Below are positions 1 to 12,290 of a stretch of DNA of 64,000 nt, piece after piece (position 1 is the stretch's first letter; every line of letters starts with the position of its first letter). Made by a program: the position numbers and the translations under genes. This stretch comes from Octopus sinensis (taxonomy: Eukaryota), in the NCBI RefSeq assembly GCF_006345805.1, contig NC_042998.1:169632001-169696000 (forward strand). Reading direction: 5' to 3'. The notes below the pieces were generated by a model, which was given only the letters and a program-made list of their open reading frames with translations, made no database searches and was not told where the DNA came from.

Positions 1-109
1 ATGCATGTGTCTGCTGTACCCTTATCAGACTGGTAGTCCTGATGGGTATACTGGGCTTTGTATATTTTACTCCAGCGTCACTTTGATGGTATGCACTGCT
101 CTCTCACTC

Positions 110-1872
110 AATAATAATAATAATAATAAGCCTTGCTGCTATAGGTACAAGGCCTGGATTTTTGTGGGGAGGGGGACAATGGATCACATTGACCCCAGTA
201 CTTGGCTGGTACTTAATTTATCGACCCCAATAGGATGAAAAGCAAAAGTTGACCTCAGCAGAATTTGAACTCAGAATGTAGCAACAGATGAAATACTGCT
301 AAGCATTTCCCCTGGCATGCTAACAATTCTGCCAGCTCACTGCCTTAATAATAATAATAATCTATTCTGTTATATGCACAAGACCTGAATTTTGGGATGG
401 GGGGGGGCTATCTGATTAATTAAACCACAGTGCTCAGCTGGTATTTACTTTATTGATCCCAAAAGGATGAAAGGCAATGTTAACCTCAGTAGCACATTAG
501 TCCAGAATGTAATGAGCTGGAAGAATTTCTGCTAAGCATTTTGTTCAATGCAGTAATGGTTTGGCCAGTACACTACCTTACTACTACTACTACTGATAAT
601 AATAATAATGGTTTCAAATTTTGCTGCAAGGGCAGCAGTTTTGGGGAAGGGGATGAGTTGATTACATCGACCCCAGTGTTCAACTGGTACTTTAACTTAT
701 TAATCCTGAAAAGATGAAAGGCAAAGTCTACCTCGGCAGAATTTGAACTCAGAATGGAGTAACAGGCAAATTACCACCAAACATTTCGTCCAGTGTGCTA
801 ACGATCCTGCCATCTTGCCACCTTAATAATAATAATAATAATAATAATCCTTTCTCCTATTGGTACAAGACCCAGTAATTTGGGGGAGAAAGCTGGTCAA
901 TTAAATCAAGCCCAGTGCTTAACTGGTACTTATTTCATTGACCCTGAAAGGTCGAAAGGCAAAGTTGACCTCAATAGAATTTGAACTCGCGATGTAGTGA
1001 CAGACAAAATGCTGCCAAGCATTTTGCCTGATGTGCTATAGGTTCTGCCAACTTACCATGTTTTTAATAGCTATTTCTACAATAGGCAAAAGGCCTGACA
1101 TCTGTGGGGAGGGAGCTAGTCATTTGACAATTGGTACATATTTCATCATCTCCAAACGAATAAATGGTAGTTGACCTGGGTGGAGTTTGAACTCAGATCA
1201 TAAAAGCAGACAAAATAGCCACGAAGTATTTTATCTGATGTGTTATCAATTCTACCAGCTTGCTGCCTTAATAATGATAATTTCAAATTTTGGCATATAT
1301 CCAGCTGTTTCAGGGAAGGATTAGTTGACTATATCAACTCCATTTCAATAAATGGTACTTATTTTATTGACCCTGAAAGGATGAAAAGCAAAGCTGACCT
1401 TGGCGGAAGTTGAACTTAAAACATATAGACAGAAGCGCTAAACATTTTGCTTGGCATGCTAATAATTCTGCCAGCTCACAACCTTCTTAATAATAATAAT
1501 CCTTTCTACTATAGGCATGAAGCCTGAAATTTTGGGGTAGTTGATTACATGAACCCCAGTGTTTCACTGGTACTTAATTTATTGACCCCAAAAGGATGAA
1601 AGACAAAGTCAACCTTGGCAAAATTGAACTCAGAACGTAGTGGTGTGCTAGCGATTCTGCCAGCTCACCGCCTTTATAATAATAATAATCTCTGCTATAG
1701 GTACAAGGTCTGAAATTGGGGGAGGGGACTAGTTGACTACATCGAGACCAGTGTTTCACTGGTACTTAAGGATCAAAGGCAATGTTGACCTTAACATAAT
1801 CTGAACTCAGAGACAGGCAAAATGTTGCTATGCATTTTGCCCATTATGCTAACGATTCTGCCAGCTCACCTC

Positions 1873-1906
<34 letters not shown>

Positions 1907-2731
1907 GTTTCAAATTTTACAAGGGCAGCCATTTTGGGGGAAGGGATGAGTCGATTACAACTACTCCAGTATTTCACTGGTACTTAATTTATCAATCCCT
2001 AAAGGATGAAAGGCAGGATCTTTTCGGTTTGAACGGCAGTTTTTAACATAATTTCTTGGAAACTAAAAAATTTTAAACTTCGTATGCTGGTAGAATGTGT
2101 TTATAAAACATCTTTTTCTCTTGGCTTTATTGAGAAAATTCTATAGTTTGTAAGATATTTGTTGTTTTTATCTTCAATTTCTGCAATTTCAACCAATCAC
2201 TGACGTCCATTGAGGTAAACAACATTCTGTGCTGTATGAATATGTCCCTCATTTAAGAAACAGATTGGGTTTATTTACATTTGTGAAGAAAAAAAAAGAT
2301 ACCTTCCCTCCACCCATAACCCTAACCCTAACCCTAAAATAGATTGAAATGCAATAGATCGATACTAGGGTCATAATTATGGGTGATAATTTCATATGAC
2401 ACCGCTAGAAAAACTGCTATTCAAACCGAAAAGATCTGAAAGGCAAAGTGAACCTCGATAGAATTTGAACTCAGAACATAGTAGCAGATGAAATACTGCT
2501 TAGCATTTCACCCGGTGTAGTAGTAGTAGTGGTAGTAGTAGTAGTAATGATTTCAAAATTTGACACAAGGCCAGCAATTTCAAGGGAGGGCATAAGTCGA
2601 TTACATCAACTCCAGTGTTCAAATGGTACTTGACCCCCAAGAGGATGGAAGGGAAAGTTGACCATGGTGTAATTTGAACTCAGAGCATATAGACAAATAA
2701 AATGCTGGCAGTAACAATTCTGCCAGCTCAC
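110..2731 (-). mobile_element. Head-to-tail array of ten family-B SINE copies (approx. 130-346, 361-579, 609-824, 849-1060, 1071-1269, 1281-1484, 1501-1674, 1690-1872, 1904-2518 interrupted by a MITE, 2547-2731) separated by (AAT)n/(TAC)n/(TAG)n tails
   Basis: Each unit on the minus strand reads tRNA-like head GG(C/T)GAGCTGGCAGAA..TTAGC, B-box-like CTGAGTTCAAATT, central GCCTTTCATCCTTT.GGGGTCGATAAATTAAGTACCAG, then a simple-repeat tail. Confidence 0.85.
2016..2437. mobile_element. 422-bp MITE with ~29-bp TIRs and 8-bp TSD (GAAAGGCA), inserted in a SINE; superfamily uncertain (Merlin- or hAT-like)
   Basis: Left GGATCTTTTCGGTTTGAACGGCAGTTTTT, right AAAAACTGCTATTCAAACCGAAAAGATCT; GAAAGGCA at 2008-2015 and 2438-2445; internal (TAACCC)3 at 2317-2334. 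Confidence 0.85.
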
Positions 2732-3069
2732 CAGTAACAACAATAACAACATTAACAACAAATTTTGACATCTGATATATACCTAGTCATGTTTCGAGAA
2801 GTGGGTATGTCATTGTTTAAATTTCTAGTTCAGATATTGATCTGTTAAAATGATTCATGTTTTAGGTTGAAAAGTATCATAATACATGACAGCAAATCAA
2901 GAAAATAGTAGTAGTGGTAGTTGGTTAGATTTTTCAGTTTCTATTGTAGTTATAACATCTGTTATTTTAAACAGCTTTGTGTTTTAAACTACTATTACAA
3001 AAAAATACTGCCACTCATTTGCTTTTGGTCCAACTTTTGAGAAACTTTTTTTTCTACGGCTACTGCTGA

Positions 3070-3102
<33 letters not shown>

Positions 3103-3715
3103 CACCACCACCACCACTACTACTGTCTCAAATTACACCCTGTCATTAATCATTAAAAAAATCAAATTGGATTATATAGTCCAAGATAACTATTCCAAAA
3201 TAAATATCAATAAAGGAAAGACTGCATTGTTAATGGCACCTTAAGTTTTGAGTGTATAAAATTGAATTTGATCTACTCCCTTCAACTTATTGGGTAAGCC
3301 TACTTCTAAAATTGCATTGGTCTTTTATTTTCTGTACAATGTTTTTGCTTCAATTTTTGCTATAATTGTATTGTTTCTAAACTGCTCTCCTTTCAGACAT
3401 TTCCCCCCCTTTAATAGCGGCAATAAGGACCAGGTTATTATTGCATAAAACTACCTTGGAGCAACTTGTTCTGAATTCTTAAATAATTTTCTTGAGGAAT
3501 CTTATAAAAAAAGATTTTGGCTAAGAACAGAACTTTGATGGACATCCACTTGAACTTAAACATTTTATTGATTTTCCAGCCTTTCAGATTTTACTATAAC
3601 ACTTTTGCTCATGACTTCAGTTGGTTTTATAAAGCTATTTTTGACACTCGTAACTTTTTCAGTAGCCGCCAAATTATGGAATTCAAGACCCTGTATAATC
3701 CTTCAGTATATAGAT

Positions 3716-4125
3716 GCAGGTGTGGCTGTGTAGTAAAAAGCTTGCTTTCCAACCACAAGATTTTGGGTTCAGTCTCACTGCATGGTGCCTTGAGCAGGTG
3801 TCTTTTACCATATCCTCAGACTGACCACAGCTTTGTCAGAGGATTTGGTTAATGGAAACTCAAAGAAGCCTGTCGTGTGTGTGTGTGTGTGTGTCTATAT
3901 ATCTTTGTGCATATGTCTTTGTTTTCCCCCCACCACTGCTTAGCAATCAGTGTTAGTGTGTTTATGTCCCCTAACTTAGCAGTTCAGCAAAAGAGACCAA
4001 TAGAATAAGTACTAGGCTTTAGAAAATAATTCCTGGGGGTCAATTTGTTCAACTAAAAAAAAACCTTAAAGGTGGTGCCCCAGCATAGCTGTAGTCAAAT
4101 GACTGAAACAAGTAAAAGATAAAAG
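3716..4125 (+). mobile_element. Family-A SINE, diverged full-length copy
   Basis: GGTGTGGCTGTGT..GGGTTCAGTCTC head, internal (GT)n, 3' CAGCATAGCTGTAGTCAAATGACTGAAACAAGTAAAAGA. Confidence 0.8.
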
Positions 4126-4267
4126 ACACATGTTGTTAATGTTAAGCTCTTGGTTATCAATTCTGAGTGAATAATGATGTTTTTACATTGTCAAGCCAAT
4201 TCACAACAGAACTAAACCCTCAGCAATGAGATTTCCACATTTACTTTATGAGTGTATAACAATAAAC

Positions 4268-4564
4268 GTCACCCTTTTCAAGCCTAGCCAGGCTCATGGG
4301 CCCGGTTTCCCAGTTTCTGTGGCGTATGTGTTCCCCCAGCTGGACAGGATGCCAGTCCATCGCACTGTTACTCAAGAAACAGGAAGAGAGAGTGAGAGAA
4401 AGTTGGGGCGAAAGAGTACAACAGGGGTTGCCACCACCCCCTGCCGGAGCTTTGTGGAGCTTTTAGGTGTTTTCGCTCAATAAACACACACAACACCCGG
4501 TCTGGGAAGCGAAACCACGATCCTCCGACTGCGAGTACACTGCCCTAACCACTGGGCCATTGCG
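4268..4564 (-). mobile_element. Family-D SINE
   Basis: Minus strand CGCAATGGCCCAGTGGTTAGGGCAG..GTGGTTTCGCTTCCC head; 3' TGCGATGGACTGGCATCCTGTCCAG..GAAACCGGGCCCATGAGCC block shared with 17222-17524 and 30134-30432. Confidence 0.75.
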
Positions 4565-5415
4565 TTTATATATGTGTGTATATATATACATAAATGTATA
4601 TTTATGGTCTGGCTAAAACTTCTTAGCAAATCACTTGTATGCTCTGGGTCTAATTTATAGTCAGGACCATTTTATATTAACATACATTACTAATATATTT
4701 GGAAAAATATATACTTCAGAACTCAATCTAGTTATGAAAATCAATGATTGATAAATACTGTTGATTAAGGCAAGTCAAGCTATGTTAACATTTGATGTTT
4801 GACTCTTATCACAGTAGTGCAAGATATTTCATACATTTGCTATAAAATAATTAGTTGAAAGAACACAGGAATATGGAAATGTTTTTCCTTTTAGATTCAT
4901 TAATGTATACATTAACTTTTGAATTTCAGTAACATTTTTCTTGGATGGTAAGGTGAGTCCCACAACCTACTGAATTGGAGAAGTGCCACTGCAGTATTTG
5001 TACAAGCTAGCAGAACTCATCTGTCTCCATTCAACTTGATAACTGGTAGAACCTCTGCAGGAGTTCAATCCAGTAATGCAAGCTGATAAAACACTCATAA
5101 ATTTTATTACTTCTATTGCTATTTACAACAGTCAGTTGTATTCGGTGTTAGCTATTTAAGGTGTCTTGACTTGAGATACAAGCTTGTAACTTGTTTTGGG
5201 AGGCATGAGGTGGGGGCATAAAGGATGCATATCCCAAGGCCTCAAAAGTGAACCCAGGAGGGGACAACCATTAATGATGGGGAATTTAATATATCCATCC
5301 AACCATATGTAACAGCATATTTAATTCCCTTTACTTTTCATGAATAAATATGATAAACTGTGATTTTTCATTACTAAATTTTAACCATTGCGGGTTTTTT
5401 AAAAACTGTTATTAA

Positions 5416-5820
5416 GGAGTGGCTGTGTGGTAAGTAGCTTGCTAACCAACCACATGGTTCCGGGTTCAGTCCCACTGCGTGGCATCTTGGGCAAGTGTCT
5501 TCTGCTATAGCCCCAGGCTGACCAATGCCTTGTGAGTGGATTTGGTAGACGGAAACTGAAAGAAGCCTGTCGTATATATGTATATATATATATATGTGTG
5601 TGTGTGTATGTGTTTGTGTATCTGTGTTTGTCCCCCTAGCATTGCTTGACAACCGATGCTGGTGTGTTTACGTCCCCGTCACTTAGCGGTTCGGCAAGAG
5701 ACCGATAGAATAAGTACTGGGCTTACAAAGAATAAGTCCCGGGGTCGATTTGCTCGACTAAAGGCGGTGCTCCAGCATGGCCGCAGTCAAATGACTGAAA
5801 CAAGTAAAGGAGTAAAAGAG
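5416..5820 (+). mobile_element. Family-A SINE, young full-length copy
   Basis: GGAGTGGCTGTGTGGTAAG A-box-like, GGGTTCAGTCCC B-box-like, internal (TA)(TG)n, tail CCGCAGTCAAATGACTGAAACAAGTAAAGGAGTAAAAGAG; CpGs intact. Confidence 0.9.
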
Positions 5821-7624
5821 TATACCTTAAGACTTTAACTAAGATATTCTTTTCTCTATGTTTATCATGCTTAGTGCTTTTCTTTTTTCTTTCAAAGTAA
5901 AACTTATTGACACTAAGCACTCCTATATAGGACAGAATGACAAATTGAGGTAATTCTAATATCTCTTGTCACACTCATACACACTGAAGTTATTATACTG
6001 GTTAATATTGGTTAATCCTGGTTTATAATCCTAGATACCCTGCACACAAACACATCAAACACTTGACATTTCCACCACAAGCATATATCAAGCTTTTTTA
6101 TGTTTACATAGGAAAAGTATAAACACCATATCTGTAAACATCAGAAAAAAGAGCATGTATATGCATGAAAATGTGCTTCAAAATCTTCAAGTGTAGTATA
6201 TTTTGTTTGTTTTTGTCAGTACTTACATGACCCCTGGTTAGTAAAAGTGATATAGCAGAGTGGATATATAGTTCTGGATTACTAGCTTAAAGGTTTTGAG
6301 GTCAAATACATTGTCTGTTTTTTTTGTTTTTTTTTTAGCTCAATTATATTTAATTCTCTATTTCTTAGTTTATATAAATGTTGGGAATAGGCTAATAGAT
6401 ACAGTGGTAATATCACCTAAGGAAGGTCAATGTCCTGACCAAATGTAGACAGATATTTTACATCTTGCCAATTTATGGGTGTTATAGTCCAATCTGCATA
6501 AAGCCCGCAAAGCTAGGGAGACATACTTTTATTTTTCTTAAACTAGGAAACTCTACATAATGTAGTCCTAGATATATTTGAGCAGAAAAAACAGATCAAA
6601 TTGTCTTTGGTCACAGGTCTGCTTGATCAAGTTAACTTGGAATGAAACAACAATGACAGCAATAAGGGAGCCTCTTTGTGGACACTCTACGTGCTAGAGA
6701 GAGCAACTAAATCCTCACATAACACCCAATTGAAAAGGATAAATGTGATGGATAGTACTCCTTCAAAGATAATATAATCACAACTGAAATGCTTTTGATC
6801 ATAAGTCTGCTCAACCAGAGTTGACTTGACAGGATAAGAGATAAATCATAATAACAACAACATCACTAACAACTGTGAGGTAATGAGTGAATCTATACAT
6901 TTGCTAAAACAATTAGAAAGAGCAGCCAAATCTTCAAATTATACATTACTATCTTTTGAAAAATTTAATCCTAGATGTATAATGTCTAAAAACAATGAAA
7001 CAGGATGATCCTGATTACAACTGAGCTGAATTTGGGGCTGCTCAACCAGAGCTAATCAGAAGCTAAATAATGTTTATAACATCAATATTTATTGACCTTT
7101 TTCTTTCCTTTAAAAATCAGCACGAACTTTCCGGACAGCCCAATATTAATAAAATGTGTGTGTGTGCATGCATGCACCTTCATGCTTGCACTTTCCCCCT
7201 ACCACTACTTAGTTTGTTTGCATTTCCATAACTTAGTGGTTTGGTAAAAGAGACCAATAGAAATAAGTATTAGGTTTTAAAGTACTGGGTGTGGGTGTGA
7301 CTTGTTCCACTACACCCTTCAAGGCAGTGCCTCAGCATTGCCACAGTCCAATGATTATAATAAGTAAAATATAAAAGAGTTATGTCTGATTTAAAAAAAA
7401 AACAAAAACTTGAAAACTGACTCACTTTGGTTGACTTGCTTTACTGTTCAGTTTACTCAGTAGATGTAACCAGCAATGTCAAGGCTTATTTCTGGTCAAA
7501 AAAAGACAGTCTGGTTACAGCTACTTAGTAATTTACAACTAAATCTATCTGCTATTTAATTTCTGGTTACAAATACCATTGTATTGCTAATGTCTACCTA
7601 GATTTTTAAATTTTTGTATGTGTA

Positions 7625-7627
<3 letters not shown>

Positions 7628-7661
<34 letters not shown>

Positions 7662-7725
7662 TGTGTGCTGCTTACATACACACACACATGTAAGTTTATA
7701 TCTATGTATATATATTTAATATACA

Positions 7726-7792
<67 letters not shown>

Positions 7793-8008
7793 GTGTTTGT
7801 GTGCTTGTATACACACACACACACATGAGTGAGTGGACAAACAAAAGAAACGGCACTGAACACATTTATTGGGAATTATATGTATTATTCAAAACACTTC
7901 TATTTGAATTCTGTGCCACTACAAGTTTCGAAGCCACTAACAGAACCTATCACCACAGGCTGATGAGAACCCAAATATATATATGCGTGCGCGCACACAC
8001 GCACACGC

Positions 8009-8050
<42 letters not shown>
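7628..8050. repeat. Cluster of (GA)n, (TG)n(TA)n and (CGCA/CA)n microsatellites
   Basis: Directly visible at about 7628-7657, 7725-7790 and 7985-8050. Confidence 0.95.
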
Positions 8051-8053
<3 letters not shown>

Positions 8054-9194
8054 TTGTCAAGCCACATACACACTTTGTCAAGCCACATCAAGCCAGTGTG
8101 GCAGAGTAGGCTCATCAAACCAGTATGATCTCAAATTCATGGCCTGCACATCAGACCATGATTAGTGGAGAGAGCATACTGAGGCCTTCATTCTGCAGTG
8201 GACTGAATTTAGGCAATCCAATCCAGTCTGTGTGTGTGTATGTATATATATATATATGTATATCTCTTTCACTCTATATCATATATGTCACCATATATTC
8301 ACAAGTACCAGTGTTTTGGCATAAGTGAACTTTTGGTTAGTTAACAATGTTTGTGATACATTTCATCTTCTAAAGACTAATTCACTGCAGTTACCATCGA
8401 GAAAAAATTCTCTCTTATGGCAAAAAGTGTAAAAACATCATAGCTGTCCAGTTTTGGCTCCTGTTAGATTCCCTGATGCTGTGTTTCTAGCTCTTGAGCT
8501 GTTATCAATGGGAAATACCAAAGCGAGGTAACAGTTGATACTGCTGAATTTCTCCCAACCTGGTGGTCTAATAGCGCAATTCAGTCAATATTGTTGACTG
8601 AGCTTTAAATCTACTTAGAGTTGCCTCTATCTATCTGTCTGTGTATGCTTTCACCCAACTATTGTTGGTCTACAAGAAAACCCTTCCTCACTCCTTATCT
8701 CCAGCCTAAATTGTTCATTTAGAACAATATTTTGCTAGACTTAACTGGTGTTTGTTATGCTACCACCATCAGTCCTGATTCATTTATAAAAAGTTAATGA
8801 AATAAGCAATTATTTTTATGTTCTCCCACCCCCTTTCACAACTATTTCCTTTTCTTCCTCTTCTTCCTCCTTTGATCTCTTTAGTTAACTATGGATGTCA
8901 TCATCTTAATGTCCACTTTTTATGCCTGCATGAGTCAAATAGAATTAATTCAGGTAGAGTTTCTACAACTGGATGCCATTCTTGTCACTGACCCTCAAGT
9001 AAAATAATATTTCTTCATGACCAGACAGGTTGTTACAGGATAATGGAAACGGACACAGCTTAGATGACAGTGGAACTAGCTTACAACTAAGATGCAATAT
9101 CAAGGACAGAAGACAGTAACACACAAACACATGTGCACACACACCCATATATATATATATGCATATATAAAGGGTAAAGAATGATCATGAGATT

Positions 9195-9460
9195 GCACCT
9201 AGAAAATTCTCCTCTGAGGCACAAGTCCGGACATATCAGCCTCCTCTCTCCACGCTACCAATGTTATCCAAGGGAAAGGCAAAGGTCGATGCAGCTTGGC
9301 ACCAGTGACATTGCAAGTCATTTCTACAACTGAGTGAACTGGAGCTATGTGAAATAGTGTCTTGCTCAAGAACACAACACACACCCTGGTCTAGAAATCA
9401 AACTCACTATTTCATGATTGAGATCCCAACACTCTAACCACCAAGCAATGTGCCTTCACA
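9195..9460 (-). mobile_element. Family-G tRNA-headed SINE
   Basis: Minus strand TGAAGGCACATTGCTTGGTGGTTAGAG..GAGTTTGATTTC..GTTCTTGAGCAAGACAC. Confidence 0.65.
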
Positions 9461-9476
9461 TTATATATATATATAT

Positions 9477-9720
9477 CATCATCATTTAGCGTCCGTTTTC
9501 CATGCTAGCATGGGTTGGACGGTTTAACTGGGGTCTGTGAAGCCGGAAGGCTTCATCAGGCCCAGTCAGATTTGGCAGTGTTTCTACGGCTGGATGCCCT
9601 TCCTAACGCCAACCACTCCGTGAGTGTAGTGGGTGCTTTTTACGTGTCACCTGCACAGGTGCCAGACAGAGCTGGCAAACGGCCACGAACGGATGGTGTT
9701 TTTTTCGTGCCACCGGCATG
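9477..9720 (-). mobile_element. 5'-truncated RTE LINE 3' UTR (family E)
   Basis: Reverse complement of the 48000-48407 3' UTR; ends CCATGCTAGCATGGAAAACGGACGCTAAATGATGATG. Confidence 0.8.
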
Positions 9721-9769
9721 AATATATATATATATATATATATTGTGTGTATATGTGTAAGTATATGTG

Positions 9770-10086
9770 AGGGCAAGTGGCCAAGTTGTTAGAGTATTCG
9801 GCTCACACTTGTTGGGTCATGAGTTCAATTCCCTGGTGGCGCATTGTGTTTTTGAGCAAGACACTTATTTCATGTTGACCCAGTTAACTCATGACTAAAG
9901 TGAATTGTGCCTACATTTCAAAGGGCCAACCTTGTCATATTCTGTGTCATGCTGAATCTCTGTAAGAACTACATTGAGTGTATATGTTTGCGGAGTGCTC
10001 AGCTACTTGCATGTTAATTTCACGAGCAGGCTGTTCCTTTGATCAGATCAACTGGAACCCTCATTGTTGTAACCAACAGAGTGCCA
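9770..10086 (+). mobile_element. Family-H SINE
   Basis: tRNA-like head (GTGGCCAAGTTGTTAGAG..GAGTTCAATTCC), TTGAGCAAGACAC block; body shared with 29912-30525. Confidence 0.65.
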
Positions 10087-10143
10087 ATATATGTGTGTGT
10101 ATGTACGTATGTATATCTATGTATTTATATATATGTGTATATC

Positions 10144-10512
10144 TCTTTTACTCTTTTACTTGTTTCAGTCATTTGACTGTGGCCATGCTGGACGACCCCA
10201 GGACTTATTCTTTGTAAGCCTAGTACTTATTCTATCAGTCTCTTGCCGAACTGCTAAGTTACGGGGACGTAAACACACCAGCATCAGTTATCAAGCGATG
10301 TTGGGGGGAGGGGACAAACACATACACAAACATATATATATATATATGTATATATACATACATACATATGACGGGCTTCTTTCAGTTTCTGTCACAAGGC
10401 TTTGGTCGGCCCAAGGCTATAGTAGAAGACACTTGCCCAAGGTGCCACGAAGTGGGACTGAACCCAAAACCATATGGTTCGTAAGCAAGCTACTTACCGC
10501 ACAGCCACTCCT
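10144..10512 (-). mobile_element. Family-A SINE
   Basis: Reverse-complement match to 5416-5820 in both halves. Confidence 0.85.
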
Positions 10513-10524
10513 ACGCCTACATTT

Positions 10525-10581
<57 letters not shown>

Positions 10582-10822
10582 CTACTCCATTCTATAACCC
10601 TCGTATTCTTATTCGCACACTTGGCAACAATCCTGGTCACCTACTGTGAAATAGAAAAAGAACACATTTTTTAGCTTATTGTACTTCGATACAAAAAAAA
10701 AAAATCCACAACCTTCTGTTTCAATAAACCACTATTGTTCCTGAAAGTTTTTTTTTTAATATTTACTATGGATTGCTTAAAGCTGACTTTCTTCCTACAC
10801 CTTGATCTCTGGTTCTTACATT

Positions 10823-10864
<42 letters not shown>

Positions 10865-11746
10865 CTTGAGGTAGTATCAAAAAGTTCTCAGACTAGTTGT
10901 TCTATATTGCCCCAACAGATGGCAACACATGGTTGTGTACATAGAGCTAGCAGTGACTTTCAGAAAGCAGTGTACTGAGTGACATAACGATGTTTACTTC
11001 GCAAATTGTGAAATTTGTGTTTTTGTGGTCATGTGTATGCTGTAGTCTGCAATTTTGTCATGGACAGGAACAAAGAGCTAACATGAAATTTTGCATTAAA
11101 CTTGGGAAGTCTGCTACAGAGGCATTGAACATGCTTTGGCAAGCTTATGGTCATCAGGCAATGGGTCGAATGCAATGTTTCAAGTGACACAGGCACTACA
11201 AAAGTGGAAGAACATCCTTGGAAGATGAGCAATCTGGAAGACCTATCTTGTGTGTTATCTCACCGGAAATGTGGTATTGTGCATCAAGAATTTGTTCCCC
11301 AGGGCCAGACTGTCAATTGAGAATTCTACTGCAACGTTTTGAAGCATTCGAGGGAAGACACTTAGCAAAAGCAACCGGATCTGTGGAGGATGAAGAATTG
11401 GATTCTTCATGACAACAATAAACCCTGTCACCAAGTTCTCCTTACTCATGAGTTTCTCACCGAAAACATGGTATCGCTTCCACACCTGCCCTATTCAGAT
11501 TTAGCACCTCAAAAGTCACCATTTTAACACTGATGTTGATACAGAGCAAATCACAGGAGGTCCTTGACTCACTTACAGAAAACCGACTTCCAGGCTGGAT
11601 TCCAAAAGTGGCAGGAACACTGGGACTTGTGTATTGCTACACAAGGTCACTATTTCGAAGGAGATGATATTGAAACTTAGGTAAATAAGTTATTTTATAT
11701 CAAACATAACAAGTCCCAAGTCCTGGAACTTTTTGATATCACCTTG
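10865..11746 (+). mobile_element. Internally deleted, degenerate mariner element
   Basis: TA-flanked imperfect TIRs (GAGGTAGTATCAAAAAGTTC / GAACTTTTTGATATCACCTTG). Translations EQRANMKFCIKLGKSATEALNMLWQAYG..EDEQSGRP (HTH), EFVPQGQTVN, WILHDN and HLPYSDLAP match mariner transposase motifs. Confidence 0.9.
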
Positions 11747-11899
11747 TATATTATTGACTTTTGATCTTTTAATGCTTCAGCTATATGTATATTAATATTT
11801 TTTGCTTATTTTGCTTGAGTGGGAGAGAGAAAATGTTTTTTTTATAGAAAGGTCTTATCATAGTCTCCTGGGAGTTTGGAGGTGATTTTTTTTTTCATG

Positions 11900-12290
11900 C
11901 AGTGGCTCATACCCTGGAGGTTGAAGTTTGCTTCTTACATATTTAGGTGGTCTTTTATTTTTAGTGTTTTTGTTGCATTATGCAGGTGGTTGGTACTACA
12001 TTTTCCAGCCTATAAATCAACATAGTATTTGCTATAAACATGTAGTGTAAACATTCAAACATCCTTACTATCTTTCCAAGTCCTGTTGCTTTTCACCATG
12101 AAACTTTTGGTCCTCCAATGTCGTCTTGGTGTATAAGTTGGCCTACCTATTTCAGCTGAAAATTTTGGTCTGAAAAATTTAGCAGCTGTGATCTGCGGAC
12201 AACCTGTGGTAATTGCACAGTTTTGTGTTATCTACACTTTAGTGCTTTAATTATGAAGAAACTGGGGGCCTAAATTGGATTGACACAATC
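11900..12290 (-). mobile_element. Possible pogo/Tigger-like DNA transposon fragment
   Basis: GGTGTATAAGTTGGCCTACC..GAAAATTTTGGTCTGAAAA resembles subterminal motifs of pogo-like elements; no intact ORF. Confidence 0.3.

Noticed and set aside
1-109. Possible 3' end of a plus-strand retroelement ending in (AAT)n
   Set aside because: Cut by the window edge, no second copy here, and the (AAT)n is already explained as a SINE tail.
2317-2334. Telomeric repeat as a chromosome end or fusion scar
   Set aside because: Only three units, inside a TSD-flanked MITE.
5416-5490. tRNA-like sequences at SINE heads
   Set aside because: A/B-box-like motifs run directly into SINE bodies, with no complete cloverleaf or acceptor stem.
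5784-5812. SINE-A tail CAGT-CAAATGA-CT-GAAAC-AA-GTA resembling a collapsed hammerhead (CTGATGA in the 16797 copy)
   Set aside because: No stem II and no stem I pairing; better explained by the CAGTC/GACTG hairpin.
7895-7972. Hammerhead halves (minus TTC GAAAC TT GTA GTGG; plus CTGATGA GAAC)
   Set aside because: The halves are on opposite strands and cannot form one ribozyme; at most truncated fragments.
8440-8600. Coding-like stretch (FPDAVFLALELLSMGNTKA / INGKYQSEVTVDTAEFLPTWW)
   Set aside because: Short frames, weak acceptors and several equally plausible readings; cannot be supported without a search.
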